The notes under the pieces are model-generated. The model was not told the DNA's origin. It saw only the letters and a list, made by a program, of their open reading frames with translations, and ran no database searches. A DNA stretch of 64,000 bases, from the NCBI GenBank assembly GCA_963735845.1, contig CAVTMN010000007.1, positions 197,014-261,013 on the forward strand, given 5' to 3'. Of the stretch, positions 39,830-49,896 are shown in pieces. How positions within the stretch are numbered: position 1 is the first letter of the stretch; every line of letters begins with the position of its first letter. The DNA is from Vulcanimicrobiota bacterium. GTDB taxonomy: Bacteria > Vulcanimicrobiota > Vulcanimicrobiia > Vulcanimicrobiales > Vulcanimicrobiaceae. The position numbers and the translations under genes are program-made.

Positions 39830-41020
39830 CGCACGAACCGTCGCTGCGGAAACTCGAGCGATGGATGCGCACAGCGCTTCGAGGAACGCGATGCCGTCTC
39901 CGAGACGTTCTTCCCGCAGCAAGCGCGGCCGCTGGCTCTGGCCTGCCGGCAGACGTTCGAGCGGTTTCGCCGCGGCGGCCGTTTGCTGGCATTTGGAAGA
40001 GGCGCCTACGCGACCGACGCGCAGCACGTCTCGGTGGAGTTCGTTCACCCCGTCATCGTCGGAAAGCGCGCGCTGCCGGCGATGGATTTGAGCTTGGCTT
40101 TCGCGCCGTGGATCGACGCGATTCTCGATCCGAATGATATCGTGATGGGCTTCGGTCCGCCCGAAGGCGACCCCGAGGTTATGCGCGTGCTCGAGCGAGC
40201 GCACGACCGCGGCGCGCTCACCTTTGCGCTACCCGGAGAGAAGGCCGATTATGCCGTAGCGGCTCCCAGTACCGATCCGCACGTGCATCAAGAGATGATC
40301 GAGATTCTCTGTCACACGCTATACGAAACCGTGCACGTTTTTTTCGAGCACGACGAGATGGGACACGACGTCGGCGCGTCGAGCTTTCTCTATCCGTTTT
40401 TGGGCGAACGCGGCGGATCGCAGGATTCGCTGGTGGACGAAGTCGCCGCCTCAATCCTCATGAAGGCACAAGATGCGCGTCGTTTGCGCGGCGAGGTCGT
40501 CGCGAGCCAGGCCCCCGCGATGGCGCGGGCCGTAACGGCAATCGCCCGCGAGCTCCAGTCGGGCGGCAAGCTCATCCTCTTCGGTAACGGGGGCTCGGCA
40601 ACCGACGCGACGGATTGGGCGCTGGACTGCGTGATTCCCGAAGGAGACGTTCGTCCGATTCCGGCCGTTTCGCTGGCGCTCGAACCGGCCATCCTTACGG
40701 CCGTTGCCAACGACGTCGGCACCGAGGTCATCTTCCTGCGCCAGCTCGTCGCGCAAGCGCGTCCGCACGACGTGGCCATCGCGCTCTCGACCAGCGGCGG
40801 ATCGAAGAACGTCGTCGCGGCACTCGAAGAGGCGCGCAAACGCGAGATGCTCACCATCGCGCTGCTCGGATACGACGGCGGCGAGATCGTTCGCCGCGGG
40901 CTGGCCGACATTCCGATCGTCGTTCACAGCGATTACATCCCGCGGATTCAAGAAGTGCAGGGAAGCATCTATCACGTCATGCGCGAGGCGCTCGATAGGC
41001 TCGGCCGCGATGCCGCTTGA
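39823..41020 (+). CDS. Double SIS-domain (GmhA/sedoheptulose-7-P-isomerase-like) protein; one frame break
   Basis: ATG 39823 overlaps the hypE stop. The break near ~39875 leads into ..RFRRGGRLLAFGRGAYATDAQHVSVEFVHPVIVGKRALPA.. and a second SIS unit ..GGKLILFGNGGSATDATDWALD..ALSTSGGSKNV. Confidence 0.7.
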
Positions 41021-41249
41021 GCTTTATGGGACGCGTTCGTGTCCCTATACCGCCGAACTGCGCTCCGAACTGCAGTGGGACGGCAAGCCGTTCGTCGAGT
41101 ACGACGTCGAAGCCGACGCCGGCGCGCTCCGGCGTCTCTTCGCGCTCGTCAGCGGCTCGGTCAGCGTGCCGGTGCTCGTCGAAGACGGGCAGGTCATACA
41201 GGTCGGCTGGAACGGTCAAGGCTGTTACGTAGCCGCCGCACGGACGTGA
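41010..41249 (+). CDS. Glutaredoxin/NrdH-fold small protein (CPYT motif)
   Basis: MPLELYGTRSCPYTAELRSEL..FVEYDVEAD..VPVLVEDGQVIQVGWNGQGCYV. It overlaps the SIS gene by 11 nt and is GTGA-coupled to hypF. Confidence 0.6.
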   Translation: MPLELYGTRSCPYTAELRSELQWDGKPFVEYDVEADAGALRRLFALVSGSVSVPVLVEDGQVIQVGWNGQGCYVAAART

Positions 41250-43484
41250 TCGAGGCCCGGCACGTACGCATCACCGGGATCGTGCAGGGCGTCGGCTTCC
41301 GCCCGTTCGTCTACCGGCTCGCCCGCGCGCACGGCCTGCACGGCTGGGTGCTCAACGCCGAGACCGGCGTCGAGATACACGTCGAAGGGGCACCATCAGC
41401 GCTGCCAGGTTTTCTCGGTGCAATCGAATCACAGGCGCCCGCCGCGTCGCGCATCGCCTCGTTCGACATCGTTCCGACGCTGGTGTCGGGATTCGACGAC
41501 TTCACCATTCGCGAGAGCGTGCGAACGAGCCGCCCGACGGTGCGCGTCTCGCCGGATTTGCCGGTCTGCGAGGATTGCTTGCGCGAAATGGGCGACCCGA
41601 ACGACCGCCGCTTCGGTTACCCGTACATAAACTGCACCAACTGCGGGCCGCGCTACAGCATCATTCTAGGTTTGCCGTACGACCGTCCGCAGACGACGAT
41701 GCGCGACTGGCCGATGTGCGAGCGCTGTGCCGCCGAATATCACGATCCGCTCGACCGCCGCTTTCACGCGCAGCCCGTCGCGTGTCCCGACTGCGGGCCA
41801 TCGTACTATTTGACGGTCGACGGCGTCACGGAGCGCGGGGACGCGGCGGTTTCTCGCGCCGCAGCGCTGCTGCGCGAGGGTGCGATCGTCGCGATCAAAG
41901 GTCTGGGCGGCTACCACTTGGCTTGCGACGCAACGCAGCCCGAGGCGGTCGCGCGCGCTGCGCGAACGAAAGTATCGAAAAGAGCGGCCCTTTGCGGTGA
42001 TGACGCGCGATTTAGAATCGGCCGCAGCATTGGTGGACCTCTCGCCGGAACACGAACGCCTGCTGCAATCCATGCAGCGGCCGATCGTGCTGGCTCCGGC
42101 AAAGGTTGAGTTAGAGGGCGTCGCGCCGGAGAATCGCGACTACGGCGTCATGCTGCCGTACACGCCGCTGCATCATTTGCTCTTCCGGCACGGCGCGCCC
42201 AGCGTGCTGGTGATGACGAGCGCGAACCGCTCCAGCGAACCGATCGCGTACGCCGATGACGACGCGTTCGAGCGGCTCTCCGGAATCGCCGACGCGTTTT
42301 TGACCGGCGAGCGCGAGATCGCGCGCCGCGTCGACGACTCGGTGGCAGCGGTCGGTCCGTACGGCCCGGTCGTGCTCCGTCACGCGCGCGGAGGCGCGCC
42401 GGCTGCGATCGCCCGGCTACCGACGCGCCGTCCGACGCTTTGCACGGGCGCCGATTTGAAGAACGCGGTTACGCTGGTCGTCGACGGGCAAGCATTTACG
42501 AGCCAGCATATCGGCGATCTCGATCACTACGGATCGTTCGCGGCGTTCAAAGAAACGATCGCCGATCTCTGCACGATGTACGACGTGCCGATGGGCGAGC
42601 TTCTGGTCGTCCACGACGCGCATCCGGAATATGCATCGACCCAGTACGCTCGCACGCTTCCGGGCGAACATCGAGCCGTACAGCATCATCGCGCGCACGT
42701 CGCCAGCGTGCTGGTCGAACGCGAGGCGTTCGATACGCGCGTCGCCGGGATCGCTTTCGACGGAACTGGTTACGGCGACGACGGAACGATTTGGGGTGGA
42801 GAGATCTTCACCGGCAGCTTGCGCGAGGGCCTAACGCGTGCCGTTTGGCTGCGTGAAGCCAAGCTACCCGGCGGCGACGCCGCCGCGCGCTATCCGGTGC
42901 AAGCGGCGGCCGGCTTTTTGAGCGAGCTCGACGATTTGCCCGATCTTACCGCCGCGCCTTTCGACTTCCCGGAACGTTACACCAAAGCGAAGCGGTTAAC
43001 CGAGAGCGGCATCCGTACGTTTACCACGACGTCGGTCGGCCGGCTCTTCGACACGGTGGCCGCGCTGCTGGGCTTCACGCGTCCGATCACGTTCGAAGGG
43101 CAGGCGGCGATGTGGGTCGAGCACCTCGCCTGGTCGGACGCGAGCGAAGATAGCTATCCTTTCCCCGTCGTCGCTGCGCGGCTGGACTTTCGCCCGCTGC
43201 TGGCGGCCGTGGTCGCCGATCGCCGGCGCGGCCGCGACGTGCGCGAGATCGCGGGCGCCTTTCATCGCGCGCTTGCGGACGCGATCGCGAGCGCCGTCGA
43301 GATGCTCGAACCAAAGCAGATCGTTGCGTCGGGCGGCGTCTTCCAGAACGCACTGCTGGTCGAACTGCTCGCCCAGCGTTTCGGCGACCGGCTTTGGATC
43401 AACCAAAAGGTTCCCGCCAACGACGGCGGCATCAGCCTCGGCCAGGCGGGCATCGCCGCCGTTTACTCAGGCACGACCGCTTAG
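41246..43484 (+). CDS. hypF: Carbamoyltransferase HypF; one frame break
   Basis: Acylphosphatase domain (RITGIVQGVGFRPFVYRLA), two Zn-finger pairs (CEDCLREM..INCTNCGPRYS; CERCAAEY..ACPDCGP), YrdC-like (IKGLGGYHLACD) and Kae1-like C-terminal half. The break is near ~41950. Confidence 0.9.
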
Positions 43485-44038
43485 GGTGAAGCCGGCGTCC
43501 AATCCGTTCCGTTCGAGTACTCGATGCGCGTGACACGATAGGTCGCCATACGCGCTGAGAGGAGCGGGAAGGCCGCGACGCTCTGTTTCAACCCCGTGCA
43601 GTTCTCGTCGTAACCGCGATTCGTGCTGCTCTGCCAGGTCGACAGGTCTTTCCATCCATGGATCTCGACGCTCGGAGAGAAGGTGCCGCGGCGATCGAGG
43701 GTCAGCGTGGCGACCTGCTCTCCGGCGTGGTTCATCAGCAGGAACTCAAATAGCACGCGAGTCGCCGTTAGCGAGCCTTCGTTCTTGAACGAGATGCAGG
43801 CATGAGCGCCGCGTCCGTCGCGCATCACGGCCGCCCAGCCGTTGAAAACGGCGATGCCGCCGGGCGGCGTACCACCCAGCGTCGGCGTGCCGAAATGCAG
43901 CAGGCGATACGGATTCGGTGTCGCCGACGGGGTGGCCGTCGGCTTGGGTGAAGACGTCGAAAGTTGAGCCGTCGCCGGCGCGGCCGCGCCGATCGCCACG
44001 GCGGCAATGGCGAAAAGCCAAACGGCATTCCTTTTCAT
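43481..44038 (-). CDS. Secreted hypothetical protein
   Basis: ATG 44038 (MKRNAVWLFAIAAVAIGAAAPATA) gives a signal peptide, a Pro/Thr linker and a ~130-aa domain. Confidence 0.5.
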   Translation of the reverse strand: MKRNAVWLFAIAAVAIGAAAPATAQLSTSSPKPTATPSATPNPYRLLHFGTPTLGGTPPGGIAVFNGWAAVMRDGRGAHACISFKNEGSLTATRVLFEFLLMNHAGEQVATLTLDRRGTFSPSVEIHGWKDLSTWQSSTNRGYDENCTGLKQSVAAFPLLSARMATYRVTRIEYSNGTDWTPASP

Positions 44039-44113
44039 GGTAAAGCCGTTCTCGATGGAATTCACCGCTCCTCGATAGAATATCGCGACCATGACGCGAA
44101 GCAGGAGGACGTA

Positions 44114-44689
44114 ATGTCAGGCATTCCGTGGGAGACCGAGTATAAGGCGGCGCTCGAGCGCGCCGCAAAGGAGCGGAAGTTCGTCTTTCTGGACGTCTTC
44201 AACCCTGGTTGAGGGGGATGCCAAGCGCTGGATACCGTGACGTATCCTCAAACCGAAGTTGCCGAGACGATCCTCGCCCATAGCATTCCGGTTCAGTTCG
44301 ACAACTCGAAGAAAGAGAACAATCTCTTCCTGCACGGCATCCATCACATCTGGACGCCGGACGTTCGAATTCTGAATCACGACGGGTACGAGCTCTATCG
44401 TTGGGATGGATTTCTACCGCCGTCCGAGTTTATCGCACGCACGCTCTGCGGGTTCGCGCTGGCGTACCTGCGGCTCAAACGATTCGAACAGGCCGAAGCC
44501 GTATACGTCGACGTTCTCAAACGTTTCTCGACCACGTATGCGGCGCCCGAGGCGCAATACTATCTCGGCGTGACCCGGTATCGCCGCGATCCCGACAGCG
44601 ACGAGTTGCTGAATCAGTGGGCGAACCTGCGTTCGCGCTATCCGGAGAGCGAGTACCGGGTCAAGCAGTCGTTCAAGGATTTTCCGTAG
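44114..44689 (+). CDS. Thioredoxin-fold protein with in-frame UGA at the CxxC position (candidate selenoprotein, U-G-G-C)
   Basis: AGGAGG lies 5 nt upstream of ATG 44114. Track ORFs 43964..44212 and 44237..44689 are in the same frame and are separated only by TGA at 44210-44212. Read-through gives ..KERKFVFLDVFNPG-U-GGCQALDTVTYPQ..., the WCxxC position of Thioredoxin_7/DUF255-like proteins. Confidence 0.55.
44230..44247 (+). other. Candidate SECIS-like hairpin
   Basis: GGATAC-CGTGAC-GTATCC (6-bp perfect stem, 6-nt loop) starts 17 nt after the in-frame UGA. Confidence 0.3.
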
Positions 44690-44716
44690 CCGTGCCTCGG
44701 CCCGGACGCCTTGTCG

Positions 44717-44971
44717 TTACGTGCCTTCCTGCACCTCGATCAGGTGGTCGGCGACCAGCCCGTGCGCTTCGCGGTGTACCGCGTTGGCGGCTTCTCTCGA
44801 CGGCGCTTTGACGAGGCAAAAGACCTTGCCCGTTCCCTCGTCAAACCAGTAGCGCATGTACTCGACGCCGTGCTTCTCTTGAACCTTGAGGTCGGCTTCG
44901 TGTGCGTGGGCCACGCCGTCGGCGGTCAAACCCTCGACGTGATCGTGGACGTCCATGTAAAGTGGCACCAA
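44717..44971 (-). CDS. DUF4242 / SCO4226-like small protein (family with a reported Ni-binding member)
   Basis: MVPLYMDVHDHVEGLTADGVAHAHEADLKVQEKHGVEYMRYWFDEGTGKVFCLVKAPSREAANAVHREAHGLVADHLIEV. The 84 aa are intact. Confidence 0.55.
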   Translation of the reverse strand: MVPLYMDVHDHVEGLTADGVAHAHEADLKVQEKHGVEYMRYWFDEGTGKVFCLVKAPSREAANAVHREAHGLVADHLIEVQEGT

Positions 44972-45040
44972 AAACTCCTATCGTGACGACGAGACGGAAG
45001 GTGAATATGGTTAGTCTACGCCGGGCGGGCCCGCGCGTAA

Positions 45041-46079
45041 ATGACCGGTCGTCCCGAGTACTATGCTAATCGTCCTAGGAGGCCTGGCGGTCTAGTGGAT
45101 CCGCTCTCGAGCATGCTGCGCGCCGTGCGCCTTACCGGTGCGGTCTTCTTTGAGATCGACGCGGCGGATCCGTGGGCCGCCGAAACGCCGCCCGGCGGCT
45201 CGATTGTGGATGCGGTTATGCCGGGTTCGGGACACTTGATTCCCTATCACGTGCTGACCTACGGGAAGTGCTGGGTCTGGCCCAGCGGCGGTCCGCCGAT
45301 TCAACTCTCGGCCGGCGACATCGTGGTCTTTCCGCACGGCGACGCTCACGTCGTCGCCAGCGAACCCGGCATGCAAACCGTGCCCGACTTGGACCGCTTT
45401 CGCGCGCCTCGCGACCGTCCGTTGCCGTTTCACCTGCGCATGGGCAGAGCGTCGGGCGAGTCCAGCGCGCACATGGTCTGCGGTTATCTCGGCTGCGATC
45501 GCCTCCCGTTCAATCCGCTGCTCGACTCGCTGCCGCGCGTGATTCACATCGGCGATCGCGACGGCGGCGCGCTGGCGGCGGCCTTTGCGCTGGCGCGAGA
45601 AGAGGCAAAGCACGACCGGATCGGCGGCGAGACGGTGCTCGGGCGCCTTCAGCGAGCTGATGTTCGTGCAGGTCGTGCGCCGTTATTTGGAGACGCTGCC
45701 GCCCGAAGAGACGAACTGGCTCTCGGGTCTGCGCGACCCGGTCGTAGGCGCCGCGCTGACCGCCCTGCACGGTGATCCGTCGCGCGAATGGAGCTTGAAT
45801 CTGCTGGCGCAGGAGGTCGGCGTCTCGCGCTCGCGGCTGGCGGAGCGTTTCACGCAACTCATGGGAGAGTCACCGATGCAGTATCTACTTCATTGGCGCA
45901 TGCATCTCGCCGCCAACCGCTTGCGGGACGGCTCCGAAACCGTCGCTGCGGTTGCCGATGCGGCCGGCTACGAATCGGAAGTCGCCTTCAGCCGGGCGTT
46001 CAAAAAGATCGTCGGCATGCCGCCGACGCAGTGGCGAAAGGAGGGTTCGCCCGGCAGGCCAAAACAAGCGAGGGCTTAG
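45041..46079 (+). CDS. AraC-family regulator with N-terminal cupin domain; one frame break
   Basis: DPLSSMLRAVRLTGAVFFEIDA... is the cupin part. After the break near ~45640 comes the HTH part WSLNLLAQEVGVSRSRLAERFTQLMGESPMQYLLHWRM..AGYESEVAFSRAFKK. GTG 45095 is an alternative start. Confidence 0.75.
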
Positions 46080-46097
46080 TCGTACAGAGGAGGCTGT

Positions 46098-47593
46098 ATG
46101 CGTCATATCACGGTGAATGCGCTTGTCGCCCTCGCACTCGTCTTTGCGCCCCTATCCGGTGCGGGCGCCGCAACCATATCGAAGGACGATAAGGCGGCCG
46201 CCCTTTTGGCCAAGCACCGCGCCTACGTCGGCTGGCAGTTCGGTGACGACACGTTCCGCACGATGCGAGTTACCGGCAACATTACCAACTCGAAAGGCGT
46301 GCAGACTGCAAAGATGGTCACGTTGTGGGACGGTTTGGTTTATCACACCACCAGTACGCTGCTCGATCGCGGAGACGTGACGGAGCACACCGGCTATACC
46401 GGCAATCTCTTTTGGCAGTCCAACATTAACGGGTTCACGACACCCGTCTACGGCGACGAGGCCAAGTTCCTTGCGTCCTGGACGCTGCTCATGCGCGAGG
46501 GTACGTCCGGGCTGACGGGATCATTCGTCGAGAACAAAACGATCGATGGGAAAGCGGTGGCAATTGTGCGCGTCTCGCTGACCAAAGGCGATCCCATCGA
46601 CCTCGCGATCGATCCGGATACGGGCGCCTACGTGGCGGCGACGGTCGACCCCGACGGTGCCTACGAAACGACGTATCACTTTCTCTCGTATCAGGACGTA
46701 TTGCCCGGCAAGAAGCTGGTCTCGTCCTTCCGCATGGACGAAGATAAAGACGTTCATACGTACACGTCGTTCGAGCCGAACATTCCGGTCAGCGACGGAG
46801 ACCTGCATCCGCCGGGCCCAACTGCGACCTGGACCTTCGGAGACGGCAGCCCGTATCCGATCACGATGACGCACGACCGCATGCTTATTGACGTTGCGGT
46901 TAACGGCGTCAAGGGGCGATTTATCTTAGATACGGGGTCGGACTCCATCGTTCTCGACGACCGGTTCGCCGACAAAGTCAACGCGACGGCGCTCAAGGGT
47001 GGAACCGAAGCCTTCACGATGTACGGCGACGTACCGACGCGCGTGCGCAAGACTTCGACGATTACCGTCGGCGGCTCCACGCTAGCCAACGCACTGGTCT
47101 TTTCGCAAGACTTCCGCCACGGTGACGCGCGCGGGCTCGACCGCGAGGGATACGACGGCTTGATGGGCTTCGATCTCTTCGCCGCGGCGATCGTCAAGCT
47201 CGACGTCTATGGCTCCAAGATAACGATTTTAGATCCGTTGGCGGATCTTTCTGGGAAAAGGGCTTGCCGATCCTCGTCGACGTCTCAGACGGGGTTCCGA
47301 CCATACCGATGGTTCTCAACAAGAGCATCGACGTTAACGCGATGCTCGATACCGGCAATCCCGGCATCATTTACTTCGGTCCGGATCTGCGTAAGAAGCG
47401 CGGGTTGAAGATTCCCGAGTGCGGCGTCCTGAGCAGCCTTGCCATCGGCCCGATCACCTATGCGAACGAACAGGCGTGCGACGCTGGTTTTGCCGCGAAC
47501 TACATGCTCTTAGGGTTCGATTTTCTCAAGCACTTCGATTATGTCTTCGACTATCCGCACGGGCGGATGTTCATGTCGCCGAATAAAAACTGA
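46098..47593 (+). CDS. Secreted retropepsin-like (two-lobed) aspartyl peptidase; one frame break
   Basis: Signal peptide. Two Asp-Thr-Gly lobes (FILDTGSDSIVL and AMLDTGNPGIIY). The break is near ~47255. Confidence 0.65.
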
Positions 47594-47597
47594 CTGG

Positions 47598-49127
47598 CTA
47601 CGGAAATCGCCGGTTGGCAAGCTGGAATACCACGTAGGCAACCGCCTTGGTGGTCAGCTCCAGCACGAAGGGGTCGTTGTTCGAGAGGTTGTCGCACCAG
47701 CGATGCGGATGGTCGACGCAGCCGCCGTTGAAGCTCGGAATCTTACCTTCGTAGTTCCCTCGGTACCCGCCCCAAAGCTTTGTCTCCCAAGGCCGCTTGC
47801 AGCAGTCCTGTCCGGTAAGAATGCCGGTATCCGGAACGCCCGCCAGCGCAAAGGATAACGAGTCCGTTCCATCGTTTCCGAAGCGCGCGTTGCGCGACAC
47901 CACGCCCCCTTTTTTGAAGAAATCGGCGAAATATTCGTTGCCGACCTTCGACTGCGGAATAACGTTAGGCGGGAAGTGCTTTGCTCTCTTTGCGAACTTC
48001 GGATCGGCAACCAAAATATCGAAGTTCGGCGTTGCCGTGACGTCCGCGTCGACGTCGAAGGCAATGCGGTGCAGGTCGGCGTGCGACAGGTGTTTCGTAT
48101 AATAGCGCGATCCGAGCAACGCGATCTCCTCGCCGCCGAACCAAATATAGCGCAGCCGGTTCCGAGTATGGGTCTTAGCCATGTCGAGCGCCGTTTCGAG
48201 AATCGTCGTCGAGCCCGAGGCGTTGTCGAGCATGCCGGCCCCGTAGATTGCGTCGAGATGGGCGTCAACGACGACGACGTGCTGCGGATCGCCGTGCGGC
48301 GAGTCGGCAATCACGTTATAGTCAACGTCGCTGCGGTGCTGCGTGCGGACGGCGATGCGCACGGTTGGCGATTCCCCCGAGTGGTATCGCTGGAGCAACT
48401 CGGCGCCGACGTCGCGCCTCGTAACGCCGATCACCGGAATGTCGGCGAGGTCCATCAGCCGCGCCTCGTAGGCCGGTTCCTCGGACGTCGCTGCGTACAG
48501 CACGACGGCGGCGGACCCGGCGGCCCGTGCGTTGCGCACTTGGTCGTCGAAGTCGCACGCCGCGTTCTCCTCGAGGAGGGCGACGTCGCCGCGGTTGAAG
48601 CCGGCAAAATCGCTCGCCGCACAGCCGGAACTCGAACCGCGCGGTGGCGCGATAGCGGCGGTCAGCGCACCGCCGCCGGATTGGCGTGCAACGAACCAAT
48701 CGTCCTCGAGGGAGTAGTGATGCGCGGCGCTGCCAAAGGAGGGCGTCCCGAGCACCGCGGACTTCTTATAGTTGTACTGCTGGATCGTAACGGCGTAGCC
48801 GGCGTCGCGCATGAGCTTGGCAACGAACGCCACGGATGCGGCATAACCGGGCGTGCCCGTATCGCGATTCCCATGGCCCTTCGGCCCGGGGTTGTCGTCG
48901 GCGATCTTTTGAAAGTGCGCGAGATGCTGCCAAAGTGAGTCGCGCTGGATGCAGGCCTCCACCTCGTTCAACGTGTCGTTCGAACGCGCTCCACAGCCTT
49001 GAGCGGCGGTTTCGCGAGTGGCGGCGTTGGGCAACAACGCCGATTGCGCAAACGATGCCGGCTGGCAGGCGGCGACGCAAACGAGCGCGCAAGTCATTAA
49101 GAGGCGGCGGCAAATATGCATCGCCAT
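47598..49127 (-). CDS. M28-family aminopeptidase with PA domain, secreted
   Basis: Intact 509 aa. HVVVVDAHLDAIYGAGMLDNASGSTTILE..FGGEEIALLGS (M28 metal ligands), with a PA-like insert upstream. Confidence 0.8.
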   Translation of the reverse strand: MAMHICRRLLMTCALVCVAACQPASFAQSALLPNAATRETAAQGCGARSNDTLNEVEACIQRDSLWQHLAHFQKIADDNPGPKGHGNRDTGTPGYAASVAFVAKLMRDAGYAVTIQQYNYKKSAVLGTPSFGSAAHHYSLEDDWFVARQSGGGALTAAIAPPRGSSSGCAASDFAGFNRGDVALLEENAACDFDDQVRNARAAGSAAVVLYAATSEEPAYEARLMDLADIPVIGVTRRDVGAELLQRYHSGESPTVRIAVRTQHRSDVDYNVIADSPHGDPQHVVVVDAHLDAIYGAGMLDNASGSTTILETALDMAKTHTRNRLRYIWFGGEEIALLGSRYYTKHLSHADLHRIAFDVDADVTATPNFDILVADPKFAKRAKHFPPNVIPQSKVGNEYFADFFKKGGVVSRNARFGNDGTDSLSFALAGVPDTGILTGQDCCKRPWETKLWGGYRGNYEGKIPSFNGGCVDHPHRWCDNLSNNDPFVLELTTKAVAYVVFQLANRRFP

Positions 49128-49168
49128 ATTGATTAGAAGCCGGCAGTGCGGCGCCCTTGAAATTGTTT

Positions 49169-49211
49169 GCGCGGGCCGAGCCGTGCGATCCCTTGCCGGC
49201 TCAGCCCGCGC
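49169..49211 (-). terminator. Strong GC hairpin downstream of yceI (possible terminator)
   Basis: 15-bp stem GCGCGGGCCGAGCCG / CGGCTCAGCCCGCGC with one G-U pair and a 13-nt loop. The trailing U-tract is only weak. Confidence 0.3.
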
Positions 49212-49220
49212 GCGAGGACC

Positions 49221-49772
49221 TTACGGTTGTAAGATCGCCTCAACGTTGAGCTCGATGCGAACCTCGTCTCCAACGACGACACCGCCGGTTTCGAGTGCGG
49301 CGTTCCAAGTCAGCCCGAAGTCTTTGCGATTGACCGTGGTGTGCGCGGCATAACCAACGCGCGTTCCGCCCCACGGATCGCTGGTGCGCCCTTCGAAGGT
49401 TGCCGTCAACGCGACCTCGCGTGTGACGCCGTGGATAGTGAGGTTTCCGTGGATCGTAAACTCGTCCGGAGTTCCTTGGATGCGGGTGCTCTCGAACGTC
49501 AGCTCGGGATAGTTCTCGACGTCGAAAAAATCGGCCGACCGCAGATGCGCGTCGCGTTGCTCTTCGCGCGTATCTAGTGAAGCCGCCTCGATTCGCGCCG
49601 CGATCGCTTGAGGAAGATCGCTGCCCGGCGCGACCTCGATCCGGCCGTCGAAGTTGGTAAAGCGGCCGCGGACCTTGGTAATCATGAGATGGCGCACCAC
49701 GAACTCGATGGTTGTGTGCGCCCGGTCGAGCGAATAGACGCTCGTTTGCTGTTGTGTGGCGGTGGTCGTCAT
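49221..49772 (-). CDS. yceI: YceI-family protein (canonical)
   Basis: YSLDRAHTTIEFVVRHLMITKVRGRFTNFDG..LDTREEQRDAHLRSADFFDVENYPELTFES..GNLTIHGVTREV..NRKDFGLTWN. Confidence 0.85.
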   Translation of the reverse strand: MTTTATQQQTSVYSLDRAHTTIEFVVRHLMITKVRGRFTNFDGRIEVAPGSDLPQAIAARIEAASLDTREEQRDAHLRSADFFDVENYPELTFESTRIQGTPDEFTIHGNLTIHGVTREVALTATFEGRTSDPWGGTRVGYAAHTTVNRKDFGLTWNAALETGGVVVGDEVRIELNVEAILQP

Positions 49773-49830
49773 GAGGGTTGACTAGGCTCCTTGAATGGTT
49801 GCTTGTGGGGAAAAAGTGTGATAGCGTTGT

Positions 49831-49853
49831 GTTAGTAACTTTTACATACTAAC
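49831..49853. promoter_or_regulatory. Inverted repeat GTTAGTA-N9-TACTAAC in the yceI/hxlR divergent region (candidate HxlR operator)
   Basis: Perfect 7-bp arms in the only AT-rich stretch (49773-49896) between the divergent genes. Confidence 0.35.
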
Positions 49854-49896
49854 AATCACGAATCAAGTACGCACTCTAAAGTAGCCTAGGAACCTA

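Noticed and set aside
39029-40204. Long antisense ORFs (for example 39029..40204 at 391 aa, 34358..35395 at 345 aa, 47976..48938 at 320 aa, 13720..14586, 58301..59074, 21774..22439, 19218..19814 and 2416..2949)
   Set aside because: They show Arg/Ala/Gly/Pro-dominated, low-information composition and lie exactly opposite strongly conserved genes (hypE/SIS, the cluster protein, M28, tamB, MASE1 and others). These are typical stop-poor shadow frames of high-GC DNA.
41010-41249. Assigning the glutaredoxin-like gene to a named selenoprotein family (Uxx-star type)
   Set aside because: I recall such a family name but cannot verify the motif from memory. Here all candidate positions are Cys, and there is no in-frame UGA.
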